Origin: a virus
Lineage: Duplodnaviria > Caudoviricetes
IMG/VR virus record: IMGVR_UViG_3300046010_000337
Location: 1-35,207 of that record
Direction: 5' to 3' (one strand)
DNA length: 35,207 nucleotides
Part shown: positions 25,090-33,900 of the stretch, one piece after another
Position numbering within the stretch: the stretch's first letter is position 1
How the letters are laid out: each line of letters begins with the position of its first letter
The notes under the pieces: generated by a model
What the model was told of the DNA's origin: nothing
The model's input: the letters and a program-made list of their open reading frames with translations, nothing else
Database searches by the model: none
Translations under genes and position numbers: made by a program

Positions 25090-27290
25090 CAGAAAAGGTC
25101 TTTGCCCTTGACACAAAACCCGGCATTCAGCGTGATGGAACAGTTTTTGACAAGCTGTTCTACAACGATGGCCGCTGGGTGCGTTTCCAGCGTGGGCGGC
25201 CTAGAAAAATCGGTGGCTACAGAGAGATTTCCGGCCAACTGAATGGCCCTTCGAGGGGCATCTGGATTGACCCCAAAAACGGCTTCAACAGCGTTTTTAG
25301 CGGCTATTCTGACGGTCTACAAAGGCTTGAGATTGACAACAATGGCGTTGGCGCTGGTGTTGCGAGTTTCACGCTTTCAAACTTTACTGCCAGCCCCTTG
25401 AACCTGTGGCAGTTTGACGGGTTCTATGATGTATCTGGGGCAGGAATTGCATCGCTTGTAGCTCACCCTGGCAGGAACATCGCTCAGATTGATGCATCAG
25501 CAAATTCTCCTGTTCTGATAGGAGACATCAGCGGTACGACCATGAGCCAGATCGGCGTCTTCACTGACACGATCACGGCCACCGGGACTACAACGGTGAC
25601 GACGGCCACGGCCAATTTGCTGATCGGGGCGGGTCAGACGGTCACCGGCTCTGGCATACCTGCCAACACCACGGTTGTGAGCGTTTCTGGGACATCTATT
25701 GTCTTGTCCAACGCCGTACCGGCCAGCACGGTGGTTGCCACGTTCAACAACAACGTCAGCGTCTCTGGTGGTGTGGTGGTGATGCACCCGTACATCTTTG
25801 TTTATGGCAACAATGGGTTGATCAAGAACTGCTCGGCTGGAAATGCTCAGGACTGGGTTTCTGCCGACGCAAACGAGACCAACGTAGCCAGCGGAAAGAT
25901 CGTCAAGGGTCTGCCGGTTCGAGGTGGCTCAAACGCACCTTCTGGGCTGTTCTGGAGCCTGGACAGCCTTATCCGTGTCTCTTTCATCGGTGGTACTGGA
26001 TCGCCCCCTCAATACTGGCGCTATGACCTGATTTCGAGCCAATCGTCCATCCTCTCCAGCCAGTCGGTCATTGAATATGACGGCATCTATTACTGGTGCG
26101 GTACGGATCGTTTCCTGATGTACAACGGCGTTGTCAAGGAAATACCGAACAACATGAACCAGAACTACTTTTTTGACAACCTGAACTATTCTCAGCGTCA
26201 AAAAGTGTGGGCAACCAAGGTTCCTCGGTACGGCGAGGTCTGGTGGTTCTATCCCCGTGGAGATTCTACGGAGTGCAACGATGCCATCATCTTCAACACC
26301 CGAGAGAACACTTGGTATGACGCTGGTCAAGCCCTGGGCGCCAGCAGGTCGGCTGGTTATTTCTCTCAGGTGATCAGCTACCCCATCATGTCTGGATGGG
26401 ACGAAACAGTCGCTCAAACCGTCTATTCAGGATCGTTTGATCTGGTGTCTGGGTCTCCATATTTGTTTTCGGCCACCCAAATCATCGGCCTTGATCCAAA
26501 TCAGACGATCACGGCAACCAACATCCCTACGGGGACAAAGATAGCAACGCTCACATCGAGCGGTATTGATGCGCTGACCAACCTCGTCGGCGGTTCTGGC
26601 TACACAAACGGGTCGTACACCGATGTTCCGTTGACCGGAGGCAATGGGTTTGGCGCGACTGCCGATATCACTGTATCGGGCGGTGCTATCACTGTGGTGA
26701 CCATCGTCAACCCAGGCGCAACGTATCAAGTGGGAGATGTTTTGAGCGCCGATGATGCTGATCTTGGCGGCGGTGGCGGTGCTGGGTTCAGCATTGAGAT
26801 TGACACCATCTGGACTCAGGTCATCACCATGACCGCCAACGCAACGGCCACAACAACGCAGACGGTTACGTTTGAGACGCCTGCTGGCTTGATCAGCCTA
26901 TGGCAGCACGAATACGGAACCGACGAAGTGAAAGGGCAAAACCAAAATGCAGTTGAATCATATTTTGAGACATCTGATCTTGGTTGGGTGGCTGGAGGCC
27001 CAAGCGAGTCTGCTATGGTCGGTCAAAACAATTGGGTGCGGGTTGAGAGGATTGAACCCGATTTTCTGCAATCGGGCGAGATGGAAGTCTATGTGACTGG
27101 ACGACCGTATGCACAAAAAGAGGATGTAACGAGCCAGCCCTACAATTTCCTGTCCGGAACGGGGAAGATTGACATGAGAGAGCAGCGCAGGGAACTGCGA
27201 TTGATTTTCAGGAGCAATGTTCAGGACGGTGACTACCAGATGGGCCGCGTGATCATCAGTGCTGATTTTGGCGATGTCAGGGGCTTCTAA
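25086..27290 (+). CDS. Tail nozzle / stabilisation protein (P22 gp10 / tubular protein B-like beta-propeller) with inserted domains
   Basis: 734 aa (KPGI.RDGT....Y.DG.WVRFQRGRPRKIGG, YYW.G.DRF.MYNG.V.EIP, YGEVWWFYP..DS.EC...I.FN.REN.WY, ISLW.HEYG.D, SYFETSD, RIEPDF, KIDMR...R...L). It follows the adaptor. Confidence 0.75.
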   Translation: MTEKVFALDTKPGIQRDGTVFDKLFYNDGRWVRFQRGRPRKIGGYREISGQLNGPSRGIWIDPKNGFNSVFSGYSDGLQRLEIDNNGVGAGVASFTLSNFTASPLNLWQFDGFYDVSGAGIASLVAHPGRNIAQIDASANSPVLIGDISGTTMSQIGVFTDTITATGTTTVTTATANLLIGAGQTVTGSGIPANTTVVSVSGTSIVLSNAVPASTVVATFNNNVSVSGGVVVMHPYIFVYGNNGLIKNCSAGNAQDWVSADANETNVASGKIVKGLPVRGGSNAPSGLFWSLDSLIRVSFIGGTGSPPQYWRYDLISSQSSILSSQSVIEYDGIYYWCGTDRFLMYNGVVKEIPNNMNQNYFFDNLNYSQRQKVWATKVPRYGEVWWFYPRGDSTECNDAIIFNTRENTWYDAGQALGASRSAGYFSQVISYPIMSGWDETVAQTVYSGSFDLVSGSPYLFSATQIIGLDPNQTITATNIPTGTKIATLTSSGIDALTNLVGGSGYTNGSYTDVPLTGGNGFGATADITVSGGAITVVTIVNPGATYQVGDVLSADDADLGGGGGAGFSIEIDTIWTQVITMTANATATTTQTVTFETPAGLISLWQHEYGTDEVKGQNQNAVESYFETSDLGWVAGGPSESAMVGQNNWVRVERIEPDFLQSGEMEVYVTGRPYAQKEDVTSQPYNFLSGTGKIDMREQRRELRLIFRSNVQDGDYQMGRVIISADFGDVRGF

Positions 27291-27535
27291 TGACCCTTGC
27301 TCTGGTCTATGATCCGCGAGGGCATACGTTTGATTCTTGGGCCAGCCTTATGGTTGAGGCTTATGCAGCGCAGCAGCTTGAGATTCCAAACGAGAGGACA
27401 GATTGGAAACTTTGGGGCCAAGGACTTTTGGCGATTGACATCTTCACCAATGAAGCCATCCCCAATCCAGCACTGTTCGATGACTGGCAATTGTGGGCAC
27501 AATCTTTGGTCAATGCAGTAAATCAACGGGTTTGA
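27290..27535 (+). CDS. Small Trp-rich hypothetical tail protein
   Basis: 81 aa with repeated DSW/DWKLW/DWQLW helices; TAATG coupling with the nozzle gene. Confidence 0.7.
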   Translation: MTLALVYDPRGHTFDSWASLMVEAYAAQQLEIPNERTDWKLWGQGLLAIDIFTNEAIPNPALFDDWQLWAQSLVNAVNQRV

Positions 27536-27536
27536 T

Positions 27537-27953
27537 ATGCAACAAGACTACGCAGTTGATCAAGATGCTGTCGTCAAGATAGCGACCAACTACTTTCGTA
27601 AAGCCACAAAAACAGAAGAGCAGGCCCAGGCCATGCTGAACGGGCTTGCCAGAATTTTGCAAGATGAGGGCGCGAAGCTCGTCCATCTTGGCAACGTATT
27701 GTTTCTCGTCATGGTTCGTGGAAAGGGTGTGGTTGAAGTCCACACCATCGGAGAAGAAAAACAGCCAAGGGATTTGGCAAAAGATTTCGTCAATCTCTCC
27801 AAGTATTTAAAGAATATTGGCGTCACCACAGCCTACACATATTCTGAAGATGAAAAGTTCAAAAAACTTGCAAAGATGGTTAACCTTGACATCAAGCAAT
27901 ACAAGGCTGAAGTAGAGGGCAAAAAGCTCAACGTCTTTGTGGTGGAGTTGTAA
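27537..27953 (+). CDS. Hypothetical protein, possibly GNAT-fold (position of P22 gp14/T7 gp13-type genes)
   Basis: 138 aa alpha/beta pattern (VEVHT.......LAKDF..L..YLK..GV..AYT......KLAKM). Immediately upstream of the ejection protein genes. Confidence 0.55.
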   Translation: MQQDYAVDQDAVVKIATNYFRKATKTEEQAQAMLNGLARILQDEGAKLVHLGNVLFLVMVRGKGVVEVHTIGEEKQPRDLAKDFVNLSKYLKNIGVTTAYTYSEDEKFKKLAKMVNLDIKQYKAEVEGKKLNVFVVEL

Positions 27954-30900
27954 ATGCCAGCAATACCATTTATTGCGGTTGCATTAGGTGCATCAGGCGC
28001 TTTTACAGCGATTGGTGCGGGGTTGGCTGGAATTGCTGGGCTTTCTGTTGCAACTGGCGGGGTTGCGGCGTCTTTGGCTGCCGGTACTATCAGTTCTGCT
28101 GCTGCGGCAGCTATAGGTGCTGGAGCGTTTTCTGCGGCTGCGACGGCAGTACAAGGCGGCAAAGCAAGCGATGTTTTGAAATCCGCTGTGATTGGCGGCA
28201 TCACATCATATGCTGGATCATCGATAGCTCAATCGGTAGCACAATCGGTCAGTTCTTCTGCGATTGCAAGTGGCACAGAGGCGTCAATTGCTAAGGCAAT
28301 GGGGCAAATCATTGGCAGCGCATCTGCTGGAGCCATTACTTCAGGAACATCTGCTTTGCTATCTGGCAAAGACCCTATTAATGCGCTTTTGAAGGGTGGT
28401 TTGACTGCTGGAATGTCGGCAGGAATTGGCCTCGGCGTAGAAAGATTAGTAAGAGATGTCCCCGCTCTTTCAAATCCTACAAACAACGCAGAGGCCGCGC
28501 TGCAAAGGGCTGTCAAATCAGCGATTGGGGCAACAATCGCCTCTGGTGGTAATCCAGATGCCATCGGTCTTTCTGTTTTAAATTCTTTTGTAAGCACAGC
28601 AGGAGAATTGGTTGGAAGACAAATAAGGGATACAAGCTCAAAACTCAGTTCAGCAGATCAACAGTTTAGAGCAAGCGAGGCAGATTATCAAAATAACCTT
28701 GCAAAACAGGAATCTCTGGCTGCTCAGTACAACCAACAAATAAAGCCGCTGCAAGACAAATACTCTCAAATTGAAACCCTGGCAAGTCAGTACGATGATT
28801 TAGCAAACAAATATAATAATTATGATTCACATATGACGAGTCAAGGTTATACCTTGATCGGAGGTGGATATGACGGGGATGGAAATTATGAAGGGGATTT
28901 TTACGCAAAACAGGTTTGGGTTCCAGCCAGACAGGCAAGCGGATATAATGATGATGGACAATATATTACATGGGAAATTCCTGGTGGATATCAGTGGCAA
29001 AGAGCTGGCGCCAATGTAACGACCGAAAAACAGGCAATTTATGATCAAGCAATGGCCCTCAACGGTCGGATTGAGAGAGAGGCTACCGACTTTAAAAATT
29101 TACAAACGCAAATACTTGGTGGAGAGGTTACGAAATATAAAACTGAAACACAATCCCGGACAGAATCTCATTATGACGCCGGCACGATTACGGTTCCGGT
29201 AGAAGTTCAGGTTCCGTACACGGAAACTGTCGTTGGGTCTATTCAGCCTATCAAAAATGAGCTTGATAGTTTAAAAAGTCAAGTTGAGCCTCTTGGTGAA
29301 AAACTCGTAGAGGCAAAAAACAATCTTGAAAAATCAGTAGCTGAATTCAACGAAGTAGAAACAAGTAATGCCGCTCTTGTTCAAACACAAATCAACAATT
29401 TTGTTTCTGCGCGTGATCAATACAGAGCAGAATTTGGTGTTGATCCAACAGAAGATCAACTAAAAAGTTTTGCAGCAAGCGGCGATATTCTTGGAACGGT
29501 CAGCAAACTTGTTGCAGACAACAACAACGAGCAGTTTGCAAAAGAGGTCGGATTCAGGAATTACGCAGACTATACGGCTGCTGGAAATATTTCTCCGAAC
29601 GACTTTTATGCCAAGCAGCAAGGCTGGCAGGATTACGCACAGCAATTAAATGCTCAAGCAAACGGATATAGCAATCCGAGCCAATGGAATACATACGTTA
29701 ACAATCAACAAACCGCCGTCAACAATGGATTTATAAACTACCAAGATTATCAATCTGCTGGCGGTCAAACTTCTAATGATTTTTACGCCAAAAAAGAAGG
29801 CTGGACAGACTACGCCGAGAAACAGCAGGCAGAAGACGCTGGATTCAGGAACCCAACTGTTTGGAACACTCATGTTGTTGAGGTCAAGAATCAAGATGCC
29901 GCAAAGGCCGCGGGCTTTCCTGACTACGAAACCCAAACCCGTTTTGGCAACAACATAAACGAATACAGGGCTGTCCAAGAAGGTTGGAGCAGCCTGGGCG
30001 AGAAGCAGGCTGCTGCTGGCTACGAAATCACTTCTCCGCAGAAGTATCAGGAATTCATCAGCGGCAAGACTGAAGAAGACAAGATTGTCCAGATGCTGCA
30101 AGACCGCGGCGTCCCGGCTACCCCTGAGCGTGTTGCCGACATCATGAAGTCTTGGGATTTCAACCCCGCAACGCCGAATGTTGGGTTTGGTGAGGCATTC
30201 AATAAGTCTGACAATCTCAACATCTCCAACTCTCGCGCCGACTCGGTGCAAGAGGCTGCTGCGCTTGCCAAGTCGCTGGGCTATTCCAACTTCAGCTTTG
30301 GTGGCTCTGAGTACAAGTTGAACACGGCGGCGCCAACGCAAAACCCGTATGACTTCTTTGCCAACTTTGGCGAGGCGTACAAGGCCGCTAGGGCTGATCT
30401 CGGGGCAGGAAAGAACTTTGAGTGGAGAAATCCAGTCACGGGAGAGACGAAAACATTCAGCACCAACAACGAGAAAGAACAGGCAGTTGCAGATCAAAAG
30501 CGCATTGACCTGATGCCAGCCTACACGGGAGAGGGTGCGTACACAAGAACTGGGAATCCCGGCATTGTTAACGATGTTTTTTACGACAAAAGCACCGGAA
30601 ATATTGTTCAAGACAATCGAGTTTGGGACTCGAATGGAAAACTTATCAGCGGCGAAGTAAAAAATATCAACCCTGACGCATCTGGGTCAACAGCAGAAAG
30701 ACTGGCTGCTTCTCTCAAAGAGTCGTTTGGAAAGACATTTGACGCTTTCAAATATGTAACTTCTGGCATCAATAAAGGCGGCTGGGAACTTCTCAATCAA
30801 GTTGGTGTTTTGGGCGGGTTGACTGGTTTGGTTGATATGAACAACTGGGCCACAAAAACGGCAGCCGAAATGAAGGCCGTCATTGATGGGTATCAAAACA

Positions 30901-33900
30901 AGGAATTTCTAAACAACAGAGCTTTGATGAACTCAGCTATTGCAAAGGCTGGGAACGAGGGAATTTTTGCTCAAGCTGTAGAGGCAGGAAAGCAATTTGG
31001 ATTGAACCCTCTGCAAACGGCAGAATTCATTGCACAGCAAGGCGCAAATTTGTTTCTTGGCGGCGGCGCTATGGCAACGGCCAGAGCGTTGGGGGCGGGC
31101 CTAAGCACTCAGCAGGCCGCAGCAATTGGAACGATGGCTGCTGCTCAAGGAGCAAGCGTGGCCGATGAGGCATACAAAGACGCAATCAAGAACGGCAAGC
31201 CACCAGAAGAAGCCATCAATTCAGCAAGGGCTGCCTGGGCTGGCGCTGCTTTGACTTCTGTTGTTGCTAACAAATTCATTCCTGGCGCACTTTCCAACGA
31301 AAGCGCCATCGCTGCTCAAGCAATTGCAAAAAACAGTCTTTCGACTGCTCTTAAAGGTGAAATGTCTTCCGAGCTTGCGGAAGAAGTTTCAGGCAAAGTC
31401 ATCGGCAATATTGCAGCAGGCAATGCTTGGGACAAAGACGTTGGAGCGACGGCGGTTCAGGCGCTTATTGGTAGCGGGGTTATTACTGGTCTTGTGCAAG
31501 TTTCAACCACTGGCAGCCCAAGCACAGCAATTGCTATTGCCAAGGATGCTGGCCTTACAGATGCACAAATAGACGAGGCAAAAACAAACTTTCAAAAGGC
31601 GATTGATGACGTAAAAACTCAAACGCAAAGCGGAAACAAAGTAGAGAGCTACAACATTCCCGATGCTGTTGAAAAGCTCTCAACGGCGCTTTTGAATGCG
31701 AACTTGAGCGCAAGTGAAGTCTATCAATTGCAGAATTTGATCGCCTTGGATGCGACGCAAAGCGCAATAAAAACATCTCTAGAGAACTCTGGCGTACCTG
31801 CTGAGTTCTCAGGCTCCATTGCAAACCAAGCGGCTCCTCAAATTCTTGAGGGAAGTGATGTCAAACAGGCATTCGATAATCTGTCAGTCATCCTTCAAGC
31901 AAACGGATTTACTCCTGTTGACGCAAGTCTGATCACCAACAAGACATTGACGGGCACAGATGTTCGTCAAGAAATTGCCGAGCAGTTGGAGTCTCAGGGT
32001 TATAAAGCAAATCCTGAAGAAATTGACAATCTGATCAGTCAAAACGCAACAGCAATTCCAACAGAAATTGCAAGCGCCGTGTCTGACTACGCAGATGCAA
32101 AGGCCGTCAATAGAGAAGAAGCCAAAGAATCACTGGTGCAAGCGGGGATTGAGAACCCAACGCAAGAGCAGATCAACTTTTTGGCCGGTCAATACGATCA
32201 AGCTCTTCTTCAGGGAAGAGCTGACACTGCCGTCAAGATATTTGAAGAGCCAAATTTTGTTGAAGCTGAAATTCTAAAGAATATTGAGAACAACAAGATT
32301 GCTGGAATGGATGAGGCGGCGGCCATAGAAAAGGCCGTCACTGACATTGCAAGCAGTGTTGGTCAGTCGAACACAGATTTGTTGGCGCTCATTGGCAGAA
32401 CTCCTGAGACGATTGTTCAGCAGTATCAGACTGGTGACTTGCAGCGTCAAATAAAAACAGCAGAACAAATTGAAAAACTTGAATCTCAATTGACCGATCA
32501 AGGCAAGTCTTTGGTTGATCAACTGACCAAGCAGGGAGAGACATATCAAAAAGCGTTGGAAGATGCGATTACGGCACAAAACGCTCAGATCACTGCTGGA
32601 CAGACCCAGACTCAGACTCAAATTGCTCAACTTGATGCTGCTACAAAGGCAAAATTTGATCAATTGTCTGACGCTCAGAAAGATCAAGCGTTGCAGCTTG
32701 CGGAGACAACGAAAGACCTGCAAGGCTCCATCAATGCGGTGGCACAGCAAACCGCTCAACAGATTGAGGCTGGACAACAGCAGACAGCGCAGCAAATTGC
32801 AAGTGTCAAGGATTCCTTGACTGCTCAGATCGCAGCAAACGAAGCTGCTGGCTTGAGTAGAGACGAAGCCACCAGCAAGGCAATTCAGGATGTTGCAGCA
32901 AGCGTTGGCACAACCAAAGATGCTTTGCTGGCTCAAATCGGCCAGACCGAGGCTGGACTCCAGCAGCAACTTGCAACAGGACAGGCTCAGACTCAAGAGC
33001 AAATTGCTCAATTGGATGCCGCCACACAGGCTAAATTCAATGAGATGACTGAGGCGCAGAAAGCGCAAGCCTTACAACTTGCTCAGACCACCAAGGATTT
33101 GCAGGGGTCTATCAACACTGTTGCCCAGCAGTCTCAGCAACAAATTTCTGATGTTCAAACTGCGCTGCAAACCCAATTGGCGCAGCAAAGCGCACAAACA
33201 CAGCAAGCCTTTGCTGACATGACTGCTGCCCAGAAAGAAGAAGTAGCGGCAAGGATTCAGCAGGGCCAAGACCTACAGACAGCGATTTCTGGCGTTCAGA
33301 CGAGCCTCGGTGAGCAAATCACTGGCGGGCTTGCTTCCTTGTCTCAGGACTTCCAGAACAAGCTGGCGGCGTCTGATGCAGCAACACAAGCCGCTTTTGC
33401 GAACATGGATGCCACGCAGAAAGCGGAGACTCAGTCACGAGTGCAACTAGGACAGGATTTGCAGGCTGCAATTGCCGCATCTCAACAGGCTACTGAGCAG
33501 AAGATCACCGGAGGCTTAGAGTCGCTCTCGCAAGACTTCCAGAGCAAACTGGCTGCGTCCGACACTGCAACTCAAAACTCTTTTGCTCAGATGACCGCTG
33601 CCCAGCAGCAGGAGACGAGAGCCAGGGTTCAGCAGGGGGTTACTCTAGAAAACGCCATCGCCGGGGTTCAAACTGGTTTGGGCGAACAAATTACAGCAGG
33701 CCAGAAGAAAACAGAACAAGAGATCAGCGATCTCAACAAGAGCCTGACTGATCGCATCACTGCAAACGAAGCGGCAGGCTTGACGCGAGATCAAGCAATT
33801 TCAAAGTCTGTTGAAGAAGTTGCTGCGGGCCTGGGGTCAACAAGAGAAACCTTGTTGAGTCAAATCAACCAAACCGAGACAACCCTTAAGCAACAGTACG

